In this document: one piece after another, positions 52,785 to 62,099 of the stretch
Position numbering within the stretch: the first letter of the stretch is position 1
Layout: each line of letters begins with the position of its first letter
Assembly: GCA_022795075.1 (NCBI GenBank)
Contig: JAAWGB010000004.1
Span: 1-62,665 of the forward strand
Origin: Clostridia bacterium
GTDB lineage: Bacteria; Bacillota; Clostridia; TANB77; CAG-508
Length of the DNA stretch: 62,665 nt
Direction: 5' to 3'
The notes under the pieces: generated by a model
Databases searched by the model: none
What the model saw: only the letters and a program-made list of their open reading frames with translations
Told to the model about the DNA's origin: nothing
Position numbers and translations under genes: made by a program

Positions 52785-53354
52785 ATGAACAAAACCAAAA
52801 GAAAAATATTTGAAACATCAATGAAACTCTTTGCAGAAAAAGGATACGATGCTACCAGTATTGAAGAAATAACAGCAACAGTAGGAGTAGCAAAAGGAAC
52901 ATTATACTATCATTTTTCTAGCAAAGAAGAAATTTTCAACTTTTTAGTAGAAGAAGGAATCAAACTTCTGCAAAATAGTGTAGATATAAAAACAGCTAAA
53001 TATGCCAATTATATTGATAAAATAAAAGCAATTGTATTGATACAAATAAAAATTGTTGCAAAATACGAAGATTTAATTACTATTTTATTGAGTCAATTTT
53101 GGGGAAGAGAAACAAGGCATCAAAAATGTCAAAAACATATTTTAGAATATATTCAACAAATTGAAAATATAGTAAAAGAAGGAATGGAAATTGGACAAAT
53201 TAAAAAAGGAAATCCTGAGGCCATTGCTTCTGAAATTTATGCTTTAATTTGTTCTAGTTTAGTATATAAAACAAGAAAAGAAGAAAAAATTGATACCATG
53301 AAATTATTCAAAGAATTTGAAAATACAGTGATAGAAGGGTTGAAGGTAAAATGA
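52785..53354 (+). CDS. TetR/AcrR-family regulator
   Basis: LFAEKGYDATSIEEI...GVAKGTLYYHFSSKEE. Confidence 0.93.
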   Translation: MNKTKRKIFETSMKLFAEKGYDATSIEEITATVGVAKGTLYYHFSSKEEIFNFLVEEGIKLLQNSVDIKTAKYANYIDKIKAIVLIQIKIVAKYEDLITILLSQFWGRETRHQKCQKHILEYIQQIENIVKEGMEIGQIKKGNPEAIASEIYALICSSLVYKTRKEEKIDTMKLFKEFENTVIEGLKVK

Positions 53355-55069
53355 GAGAACCAGTTCATAATATGCCAAAATATGAAAACTTAAAAGAAAT
53401 GCTTGAAAAATCGGGAGAATTATATGGTAGTAGACCAGCGTATTTATTTAAAACACAAGAAGAAGGAAAATTTAGAGAAATTACCCATAAACAATTTAGA
53501 AAAGAAATCAATAATCTTGGAACAGCTTTAATTGATATGGGACTAAAAAATAAAAGAATAGCTGTCATATCAGAAAATAGATATGAATGGGGATTGGCAT
53601 ATTTTGCTATTGTAGCAGGAACGGGAGTAGTTGTACCTCTTGATAAAGCTTTGCCAGGAAACGAAATAGAAAGTTTAATTCTACGTTCAGAAGTAGAAGC
53701 TATTTTTTATTCTAGCAAATATGATGCTATCATGAATGAAATAAAAGACAAAAATCATACAAACATTAAATTTTTTATTTCAATGGATTTAGACAAGCAA
53801 ACAAATGGAATTTATTCACAAAAAGAATTAATCAATAAAGGTCAAAAACTAGTAGAAGGTGGAAATAAAGAATTCTTAGACGCTAACATTAATGCTAAAG
53901 AAATGGGAGTTATGCTTTTTACATCAGGAACAACAGCTATGTCAAAAGCCGTTATGTTGTCTCATGAAAATTTATGTGCCAACTTATTTGATATTGCCTC
54001 TACCATAAAAGTAGATGAAAATGATAGATTTTTGTCATTTTTACCATTACATCATACTTTTGAATGTACAACAGGATTTATTTATCCTATTTCAAAAGGT
54101 ACAGCAATTGCTTTTTGTGATGGAATTAGGCACATAGCAGATAATCTTAAAGAATATCAAATATCTGTTATGGTTTCTGTTCCAATTCTTTTTGAAGGCA
54201 TGTATAAAAAAGTAATGAAAAACATAGAGAAAAAGGGAAAATTAGAAACTGTAAAAAAAGGAATCAAAATTAGTCAATTTTTATTAAAAATAGGAATTGA
54301 TATTAGAAAAAAACTATTTAAAGAAATTCATGATAATTTGGGCGGAAAATTGCGTTTATTTGTGGCAGGTGGAGCAGCATTAGACCCAGAAACAGAAAAA
54401 GGTTTTAATGACTTAGGGGTAGTTACTTATCAAGGGTATGGACTAACAGAGAGTTCCCCAGTTATCGCGGCAGAAGATGATAAATATAGAAGATTAGGAT
54501 CAATTGGAAAAGCTTTTCCAAGTTTAGATGTAAAAATAGTAGAGCCAAATGAAGAAGGAATTGGAGAATTAGTAGCCAAAGGTCCATCTATTATGTTGGG
54601 CTATTATAACAATGAAGAAGCAACCAAAGAAACAATTGATGAAGAAGGTTGGTTACATACAGGAGATTTAGCAAAAATAGATAAAGATGGTTATATTTTT
54701 ATTGCTGGAAGAAAGAAATTTGTTATTGTTTTAAAAAATGGAAAAAATATTTATCCAGAAGAATTAGAAACTTTAATTAATAAAATAGAAGGAATTAAAG
54801 AAAGTTTTGTCTACGGAAAACCAGAAGATGATGGAGATTATAAAATATGTAGTAAAATTGTTTATGATGAAGAAATAGCTGGAGAAGTTTTTGGAACAAC
54901 AGATGAAGAAAAATTAAAAGAATTAATTTGGCAGGAAATCAAAAAAGTGAATAAAACAATGCCAGCCTATAAATATGTTAGAGAAATTTCTGTCACCAAA
55001 GAAGATTTAATTAAAACGACAACACAAAAAATAAAAAGGTTTGAAGAAATTAAAACAGTTATTCATTAA
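53351..55069 (+). CDS. Long-chain fatty acid-CoA ligase (AMP-binding)
   Basis: FTSGTT, QGYGLTES, GWLHTGD, NGKNIYPEELE. Confidence 0.9.
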   Translation: MREPVHNMPKYENLKEMLEKSGELYGSRPAYLFKTQEEGKFREITHKQFRKEINNLGTALIDMGLKNKRIAVISENRYEWGLAYFAIVAGTGVVVPLDKALPGNEIESLILRSEVEAIFYSSKYDAIMNEIKDKNHTNIKFFISMDLDKQTNGIYSQKELINKGQKLVEGGNKEFLDANINAKEMGVMLFTSGTTAMSKAVMLSHENLCANLFDIASTIKVDENDRFLSFLPLHHTFECTTGFIYPISKGTAIAFCDGIRHIADNLKEYQISVMVSVPILFEGMYKKVMKNIEKKGKLETVKKGIKISQFLLKIGIDIRKKLFKEIHDNLGGKLRLFVAGGAALDPETEKGFNDLGVVTYQGYGLTESSPVIAAEDDKYRRLGSIGKAFPSLDVKIVEPNEEGIGELVAKGPSIMLGYYNNEEATKETIDEEGWLHTGDLAKIDKDGYIFIAGRKKFVIVLKNGKNIYPEELETLINKIEGIKESFVYGKPEDDGDYKICSKIVYDEEIAGEVFGTTDEEKLKELIWQEIKKVNKTMPAYKYVREISVTKEDLIKTTTQKIKRFEEIKTVIH

Positions 55070-55228
55070 ATGGAAAGAAAACAAAATAATAAGCTATATT
55101 AAGAAGTATAGACAATAGGGATAATAGATTTTAACAACACAAAAGCACCATGTTTTTGTAACAGGTGCTTTTTTTGTGCTATGTGCGTATGATCCTTTAC
55201 ATTTATATTGCTACGATGCTGTTATTTT

Positions 55229-55759
55229 CTATCTTTCACGCTCATAATCCATTCTGGATGAGATTTGAGCCAGCTGACGAATTGATTGAAATGCTTCTTC
55301 TCCGTTCTCAATATCACGGAAGTAAATCTCCGCAACGTCTCCCGCAGTTGTAATTGATAGATTCATCGAACCGCAACGCCTTTGAATTGGTCCACAGTTT
55401 TTCTTACAAGACCGAATCCTGCTAACAGGAATCACTTTGGTCTTCTTACTGATGAACCCATACTCATACACAATTTCATCATTGTTTATAATGAGATGTT
55501 GGTATTTGCTTGTAAAAATATCACAAATCTTAAGAATCACATGTAGACAAGCAAAAATGAAAAGTAAACCAGCTGACCCTCCCATAAAGACTATGATAGA
55601 GTGTTCTTCAGGGTACATATAAGATGGCCAATACATATCATTAAAAACAAGAGAGAGTGTAGCGAGGGGAATGATAAACAAAAAGTATATCGTGGTTACA
55701 ATGATTAACCGAATAATACCAGCTTTAGCCTTGTAAGTGAAAGTTGTTGAATTTGTCAT
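55229..55759 (-). CDS. Membrane protein with a bacterial PH (bPH_2-like) domain, likely foreign
   Basis: Two TM segments then YEYGFISKKTKVIPVSRI...LSITTAG; visibly GC-richer; two in-frame CGG codons. Confidence 0.7.
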   Translation of the reverse strand: MTNSTTFTYKAKAGIIRLIIVTTIYFLFIIPLATLSLVFNDMYWPSYMYPEEHSIIVFMGGSAGLLFIFACLHVILKICDIFTSKYQHLIINNDEIVYEYGFISKKTKVIPVSRIRSCKKNCGPIQRRCGSMNLSITTAGDVAEIYFRDIENGEEAFQSIRQLAQISSRMDYERER

Positions 55760-56166
55760 AATTAGAATCCTCCTAAAATTTTATTTTGGATCCGCACATA
55801 AAATGCTTCTTTATAAGATAATTATACTACAAAATTACATAATATACAAGTTTTTCTATTTGATTTTATGTTATTGTATAGATAAACAATCAATCTAGTT
55901 ACAATCTTTTAAAAAGATATTATTTAAAATACGATAGCTATATGATAAAACATCTTAAAGTCTTATCATTAGCAAAATATACGGAAGGAAAGATAGATTA
56001 CCGTCGAATAAATGAAGAAAATGTAATATTTTTGTAATATTTATGTAACAAAAAAATAAAATAAAAATATAAAAAAGTACTTGTAGTTTTTCTACAGTTA
56101 AGGTATAATAATATAGAAAAGAGATAAAAAGCAAGCATGCGTAAGATAAAAGGAGGTACTTTTGCG

Positions 56167-57048
56167 ATGTCAAAATCAGGCATAGTAAATGTGAGAATGG
56201 TTATCACAGAAGAAAAAATGTTATGTAATATAGATAAAATACAAAAATTAATCAATCCAAAAAGTAAGAAACAAATTGTTCAATTAGAAGATGATTCTTA
56301 CTTTAAAGATTTAATTGAATCAATTAAAATGTATTTAATAGAATACCCAAAAAAGAAAAACTTTCCAGCAAGTGTTTATAAAGCAGCCTATGGATTAGTT
56401 GAATTTGCAACGAATCAATTTGAAGAAAACACCAAAAAAATAGAAGAATTAATTAGACAAAGAGAACAAAATATAGGACAAGCAAGTCAATTAAAAGAAT
56501 TATTGCAAGCAGTAGAGATTGAAACAAGAGAAAAAGACTGGAAAGAAAAAGTAAAAAAAGCAGAAGACACATTTTCAGAAGATATGATAGATACATTAAC
56601 CATTATAGGAAAAGCCAAAAAAGTAGAAGAAGATGACTATGAAGATGCTGTAAAATTAATCAATGCAAGAATCAACAATTTAGAAACCAATTTACATATT
56701 GAAATCGACATGGAAAGAATTGAAGACCGCTCAAAAGCTTTAAGTTACATTGGAATTGAAATAGCAGATGCCTTAAAATCAATTCCAACACCAATCGAAG
56801 AAATACAAGAAAATAAAGTTGTGGAAGAAGAAAAACAAGCAGTACAACAAACAGTAGAAACACCAGAACAAGAACCAGCAGTAGAACAACAATATGCTCA
56901 AGAAACTACTTTTGAAGCAAAACCAAGTTTATGGCAAAGAATTAAAAATAGTAAATTTATAAGAGCAATGAGATCAATTACCAAAATCAGAATTGTATTA
57001 GATTATTCTGAAGCACTTCCAGAAGGTAGAGGAGAAAATGCTAGATAA
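56167..57048 (+). CDS. Hypothetical coiled-coil protein
   Basis: AGGAGG RBS, long ORF with native codon style. Confidence 0.75.
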   Translation: MSKSGIVNVRMVITEEKMLCNIDKIQKLINPKSKKQIVQLEDDSYFKDLIESIKMYLIEYPKKKNFPASVYKAAYGLVEFATNQFEENTKKIEELIRQREQNIGQASQLKELLQAVEIETREKDWKEKVKKAEDTFSEDMIDTLTIIGKAKKVEEDDYEDAVKLINARINNLETNLHIEIDMERIEDRSKALSYIGIEIADALKSIPTPIEEIQENKVVEEEKQAVQQTVETPEQEPAVEQQYAQETTFEAKPSLWQRIKNSKFIRAMRSITKIRIVLDYSEALPEGRGENAR

Positions 57049-57137
57049 GTAAAAATAGAGAAATAAAAAAACGAATTCTAGTTTAATAGAACTTTCCTAC
57101 AATATAAAAAATCCCATTTAGAAATCCTAAATGGGAT

Positions 57138-57166
57138 TTGACTTTTATCAGAAAATATAGTATAAT
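57138..57166 (+). promoter_or_regulatory. sigmaA promoter overlapping a terminator hairpin
   Basis: TTGACT-17-TATAAT following AAATCCCATTTAG/CTAAATGGGATTT. Confidence 0.55.
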
Positions 57167-57414
57167 GAAAAACAGTGATTAGTAACATATTAGTTGCTAA
57201 AGAATGAGATTTTATTATTAAGTAAAAAATGTATGAAGAGAGAAAATAAAGTAAATAATAATAGGGATTGGAAAATTTAAGAAGTTTATCCTATGCCAAA
57301 AAAGAGAGAAACTGGTATAGGAATGAAACTTGTTTTTATTGTGCAAAGATTCAATAAAAATTTATTTCTTAAAACAAGCCTAAATAACTAAATTAGTATA
57401 CTGTTTTGTAACAC

Positions 57415-57605
57415 TGTCAACCTAATCTATGATTTCAAAAAGGAGGACAGTGAATGGAAAGTAATGGAAGTAAAAATTTTGGAATATTTTATGAAAAATG
57501 TTCAAACTTGTTTTGAAAGGGTGCCATAAAATGGATTTAGAATTTCTATGAAAATTAGCTTGACCGAATCCGTCTTCCTTTTTGAAATTATAGATTAGGT
57601 TGACA
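57415..57605 (+). repeat. Long hairpin element B (191 nt)
   Basis: 30-bp IR 57415-57444/57576-57605 (one G-T pair); core nearly identical to element A in inverted orientation. Confidence 0.85.
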
Positions 57606-57705
57606 ATATGATTTTTAAAATCTATTTTTGTAATGATAGACAGTACACATTTTAGAAAGTTATTAATAAAATCGAAAAATAAAAAAGAAGAAAAGAGGAG
57701 AAAAC

Positions 57706-59670
57706 ATGGCAGAAGAAAAATCAGAAAATAAGCCAAAGAGAAACTATGAGAAAAAAGAAAGGACTACAAGAAGAACCAATCAAGAAGGAGGAAAAACAAC
57801 AAAAGTGACAAGAACAACAAGACCTTACCATAGAAGAAATAATACTAGTGTAAATACGAATGCAAATACAAAAATGGTAAAAGAAGACAAGGAAAATAAA
57901 GAAAAAGAACAAAAAGTAGAAACAAAACTCATAAAATCTACAACAGAAAGAAAAAGAAGAACAACAACAACTAGAACAAGCAGAACCAATAAAAATAACA
58001 GAACATTTAAAGAATCCAAACTAAAAATCATTCCATTAGGGGGTTTACACGAGGTAGGAAAAAACATTACAGTTTTTGAATATGAAAATGAAATGATTGT
58101 TGTTGATTGTGGATTATCCTTTCCAGAAGATGACATGTTAGGAATAGATTTAGTTATACCAGATATTACGTACTTAGAAAAAAATGTAGACAGAATTAAA
58201 GGATTAATTATAACACATGGACATGAAGACCATATTGGAAGTGTACCATATTTATTAAAGAAAATTAATATTCCAATTTTTGCACCAAGATTAGCTTGTG
58301 GACTAATTAGAAATAAATTAGAAGAACATAAATTATTAAGAAGTACTAAATTAACAGAAGTATTGCAAGGTCAGACCATTAGTTTAGGGAAAAATTTTAA
58401 GGTAGAATTTATTAGAAGTTCACACAGTATCCCAGATTCCGTCATGTTAGCAATTACAACACCAGCAGGAACCATTTTACACACAGGAGATTTTAAGGTA
58501 GATTATACACCAATTGATGGAAAGTTAATGGATTTTGGAAGAATTGCTGAATGGGGAAATAAAGGCATTTTAGCTTTAATGTCAGATAGTACCAATGCGG
58601 AGAGAAAAGGTTTTACCATGTCAGAGAGTTCAATTGGAGAAGTATTTGATAAATTATTTTTGAATTGTACGAAAAGAATTGTGGTTGCAACTTTTGCTTC
58701 TAATGTGCATAGAGTTCAACAAATTGTCAATTCAGCTGTAAAATATAATCGAAAAATTGCAGTGTGTGGTAGAAGTATGATTAATATGATACAAACATCT
58801 AAAGAATTGGGTTACATTAATTGTCCAGAAAATATATTTATTGATATTGATATGATGAATACCTATACAGATGAACAATTAGTTATTATTACAACAGGTA
58901 GCCAAGGAGAGCCAATGTCGGCTTTAACAAGGATGGCAGCAGGAGACCATAGAAAAGTAAAAATTACACAAAATGACCTAGTTATTATTTCAGCAACTCC
59001 GATACCAGGAAATGAAAAATTTGTATCAAAAGTAATTGATGATTTAATGCAAATTGGTGCAGAAGTGGTATATAGTTCTTTAGAGACCATACACGTTTCT
59101 GGTCATGCCTGCCAAGAGGAACAAAAATTGATATTGGCATTAGCAAGACCAAAATATTTTATACCAGTACATGGTGAATATAGACAACTAATTGCCCATA
59201 GTGAAACAGCTCAAAGTATGGGAATTGACAAAGATAATATTATTATGATGTCAAATGGTAGAGTGCTAGAAATTAATGAACAAGGAGCTGAATTAACAAA
59301 TTCTGTTCCAAGTGGTAGAATTTTAGTAGATGGCTTAGGTGTTGGTGATGTAGGAAGTATTGTTTTGAGAGATAGACAACACTTATCACAAGATGGATTA
59401 ATTGTTATTGTTTTAACAATGGATTCTTCAACAGGGGAAGTAGTTGCAGGTCCAGATGTTATTTCGAGGGGATTTGTTTATGTAAGAGAGTCTGAAAATT
59501 TAATGGATGATGTTAAGTCTGTTGTTAGGCATGAAATTAAAAAATGTGAAGAAAGAGGAATTACAGATTGGGCAACTATAAAGTCTACAACAAGAGAAAA
59601 TTTAAGAGATTATATTTTTATGAAAACAAAAAGAAACCCAATGATTATTCCAATTATTATGGAGGTATAA
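57706..59670 (+). CDS. rnj: Ribonuclease J with an N-terminal extension of about 100 aa rich in K/R/T
   Basis: IIPLGGLHEVGKN, THGHEDHIG, HTGDFK, HVSGHA. Confidence 0.95.
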   Translation: MAEEKSENKPKRNYEKKERTTRRTNQEGGKTTKVTRTTRPYHRRNNTSVNTNANTKMVKEDKENKEKEQKVETKLIKSTTERKRRTTTTRTSRTNKNNRTFKESKLKIIPLGGLHEVGKNITVFEYENEMIVVDCGLSFPEDDMLGIDLVIPDITYLEKNVDRIKGLIITHGHEDHIGSVPYLLKKINIPIFAPRLACGLIRNKLEEHKLLRSTKLTEVLQGQTISLGKNFKVEFIRSSHSIPDSVMLAITTPAGTILHTGDFKVDYTPIDGKLMDFGRIAEWGNKGILALMSDSTNAERKGFTMSESSIGEVFDKLFLNCTKRIVVATFASNVHRVQQIVNSAVKYNRKIAVCGRSMINMIQTSKELGYINCPENIFIDIDMMNTYTDEQLVIITTGSQGEPMSALTRMAAGDHRKVKITQNDLVIISATPIPGNEKFVSKVIDDLMQIGAEVVYSSLETIHVSGHACQEEQKLILALARPKYFIPVHGEYRQLIAHSETAQSMGIDKDNIIMMSNGRVLEINEQGAELTNSVPSGRILVDGLGVGDVGSIVLRDRQHLSQDGLIVIVLTMDSSTGEVVAGPDVISRGFVYVRESENLMDDVKSVVRHEIKKCEERGITDWATIKSTTRENLRDYIFMKTKRNPMIIPIIMEV

Positions 59671-59761
59671 CGAAAAATAGGCATATCAACGTTTTTTAGG
59701 TTTTGATATGCCTACTTGTTACCCTTTTGTTACCCACCTATTAATTTTCAACAAGTTTTTA

Positions 59762-61027
59762 CTATTGATTAACAACTAAAACAGACAAGTTTTTAAATTT
59801 TTTATAAGTAATTAGCTTTATAGCTTCAATTTTTTCTTCAATGGTTATGTGAGTGTAAATATCTTGTCCTACATTTTCGTTACTATGACCTATGATAGAA
59901 TTAATAATAACTTGTTTTACATTTTGTTTTTCTAATTCTGTTCTTAAAGTATGTCTACATTCATGGGCTGTATGGTTATTTAGAAAAGTGTGCTTATTTA
60001 TAAAATTAAATTTATAATGATATAAGTAGTAATCATAATTTGTTCTTTTGCCATTAGGCATAACAAATAAAAATTCATTTTCAGGGTTATAATATTTTAA
60101 AAATAAAGTTTTTATTTTAGGATGAATAGGGATTTCTCTATTTATACCAGCTCGAGTTTTTAAACCTCCTATAAAATAATCTTTATCTAAAAAGATATTT
60201 TTAGTATAAATAAATAGTAATTCTTCTGCTCTACAACCTGTGTATAACGCCATTAACAATAAATCTCTTATAAAATCTTCTTTATAATTATCTGAATTAA
60301 TATTCCATAGATAATTGATTTGTTCGTAAGAATATGGAGTTTTATTGCTAGAAGTTTTTGTATTTGTTAAGCTTATATGTTGAGCATAACTTTTTTCGAT
60401 AATATCTTCTTGGAGTGCATATTCATCTAATTTTATATAAAGATTTTTCATTATTCTTAATGTTTCATATTTTTTTTCACAATTATTTAAAAAAGTCTGA
60501 AAATCAGATGTTCTTAAATCTTTATATACCTTATTATATAAATCTTCTGAATTGTGAAATGCTGTAATCATTCCTCTTGAATAATGATAAGCAAATTTTC
60601 CATTAGGCTTTATATGTTTTTCTTTTTCAAGTTTAACTTCTTCATCGTTTGGTAATTTCATTTCTTTAAATTCATGAAATAATTGTTTGAATGTATATGT
60701 ATCTTTTTTTATCTTTTGTTCTAGTACTTTATTAGGGTTATTTACAGAAACAAGAGGGTAAGGTTTTTTAGGAAAAGTAAATATTCTATTGTATTTTTCT
60801 TCCTTTATATAGAGAGAATAAGGATTTTTATGATAATTCTCCAAACAAACAAGGGCATCTAATTCAGTTTCAAAAGTATCAATAAAGTGTCTAATAGATG
60901 TGCCATTTATATCTTTTCCAATTGTTATTCTAGCACCCCAAGGTTTTTCTCTATTGTTTCCTAGGTATACAGCAGAACCTTTTCCATTAGCTCTTTTTTT
61001 AATAGTTTTCATAAAAAATACCTCCAT
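59762..61027 (-). CDS. Tyrosine recombinase/integrase
   Basis: KRANGKGS arm-binding N-terminus; YTGCRAEE, HECRHT, IIGHS, DIYTH catalytic residues. Confidence 0.95.
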   Translation of the reverse strand: MEVFFMKTIKKRANGKGSAVYLGNNREKPWGARITIGKDINGTSIRHFIDTFETELDALVCLENYHKNPYSLYIKEEKYNRIFTFPKKPYPLVSVNNPNKVLEQKIKKDTYTFKQLFHEFKEMKLPNDEEVKLEKEKHIKPNGKFAYHYSRGMITAFHNSEDLYNKVYKDLRTSDFQTFLNNCEKKYETLRIMKNLYIKLDEYALQEDIIEKSYAQHISLTNTKTSSNKTPYSYEQINYLWNINSDNYKEDFIRDLLLMALYTGCRAEELLFIYTKNIFLDKDYFIGGLKTRAGINREIPIHPKIKTLFLKYYNPENEFLFVMPNGKRTNYDYYLYHYKFNFINKHTFLNNHTAHECRHTLRTELEKQNVKQVIINSIIGHSNENVGQDIYTHITIEEKIEAIKLITYKKFKNLSVLVVNQ

Positions 61028-61165
61028 TTTTAATAATTTATTTTTTAATAAACTATTGAAAATGAAAGTTTTTTTTTATATAATAATACTATACACTTTC
61101 AATAGTGTTGTGCGAGGAAAATAAATGTATCGGTTCGTGGTAAAATTGATAACATCTATTTTCCT

Positions 61166-61510
61166 TTATTTTTTATCTTGTTTCTTTTTGGTCTTTAAAA
61201 ATTCGACAAATCTATTTAATTCTTCGATATCTTTTTCATCAAGACCATTTATATTAATATTGTTATCAGTATAAAAATCAGTTAGTTCAATATCATCATC
61301 CAACAAATCATCTAACGTGATTTCAAAATAATCGCATAATTTTCTTGATGTACTTAATCTAATATCATTTACATCGCCATCGAAAATACTTTTTAAAGTC
61401 GTATAAGGAATATTGGTTTCTCTAGATAATTGAGAAATTTTTTTTATATTTTTTTGGCTCATTAGTATGTGTAATTTTTCTATTAAATCCATATTTTCAA
61501 ATCCTTTCAA
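61166..61510 (-). CDS. CI-like XRE repressor
   Basis: ISQLSRETNIPYTTLKSIF...LCDYFEITLDDL. Confidence 0.85.
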   Translation of the reverse strand: MKGFENMDLIEKLHILMSQKNIKKISQLSRETNIPYTTLKSIFDGDVNDIRLSTSRKLCDYFEITLDDLLDDDIELTDFYTDNNININGLDEKDIEELNRFVEFLKTKKKQDKK

Positions 61511-61551
61511 ATAGCATTATAACAAATTTTTTCAAAAATGTAAATAAGAAA

Positions 61552-61631
61552 TTACGAAAAAATGTAAAAAAACTATTGACAAATCACGAAACATCATATA
61601 TTATTACAGCATAAATTACGAAAATTCGTAA
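61552..61631 (+). promoter_or_regulatory. Lytic promoter with palindromic operators
   Basis: TTGACA(61576)-17-TATTAT; TTACGAA-AA-TTCGTAA at 61616-61631 and a variant at 61552-61567. Confidence 0.7.
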
Positions 61632-61648
61632 AAAGAGGAGGTGCGAGA

Positions 61649-61852
61649 ATGTTTGAAAATTTAAAAGCAGAGATGGCAAGAAAAGATTTAACAATTATGG
61701 ATTTTTCTAAAGATAAAGAATTAAATTTATCTTATGAGACTTTGAGAAATAAGTTTTTAGGAAAAACAGAGTGGAATAAAAGAGAAATGTGGATAATAAG
61801 AAAAAATTATTTTAAAGAAAAGTCTATTGAATATTTATTTGAACAAAGATAA
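61649..61852 (+). CDS. Cro-like HTH protein
   Basis: MFENLKAEMARK.LT...LRNKFLGKTEW...IEYLF; divergent from the repressor. Confidence 0.8.
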   Translation: MFENLKAEMARKDLTIMDFSKDKELNLSYETLRNKFLGKTEWNKREMWIIRKNYFKEKSIEYLFEQR

Positions 61853-61887
61853 CCACGAACCGATACTAAAAGAAAGGAGGTGAATAT

Positions 61888-62080
61888 ATGCAAGAAATAG
61901 AAAGAATGACACCAACAGAAGTAGCATCAATATTACATATGAATGCAGAAGGGGTGAGAGCAGCTCTAAGACAAGACAAATTTCCATTTCGGAATAGCTT
62001 TCGAAGGAAACACAGGGCAATGGAACTATATAATTATAAAAAATAAATTTTATGATTGGTTAAAAAGTAGTGAAAAATAA
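61888..62080 (+). CDS. Excisionase-like HTH protein; +1 shift at in-frame CGG 61990-61992
   Basis: MQEIERMTPTEVASILHMNAEGVRAALRQDKFPF then, skipping the C, GIAFEGNTGQWNYIIIKNKFYDWLKSSEK*. Confidence 0.72.
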
Positions 62081-62099
62081 ATGAAAGAGGTGAAAACAA

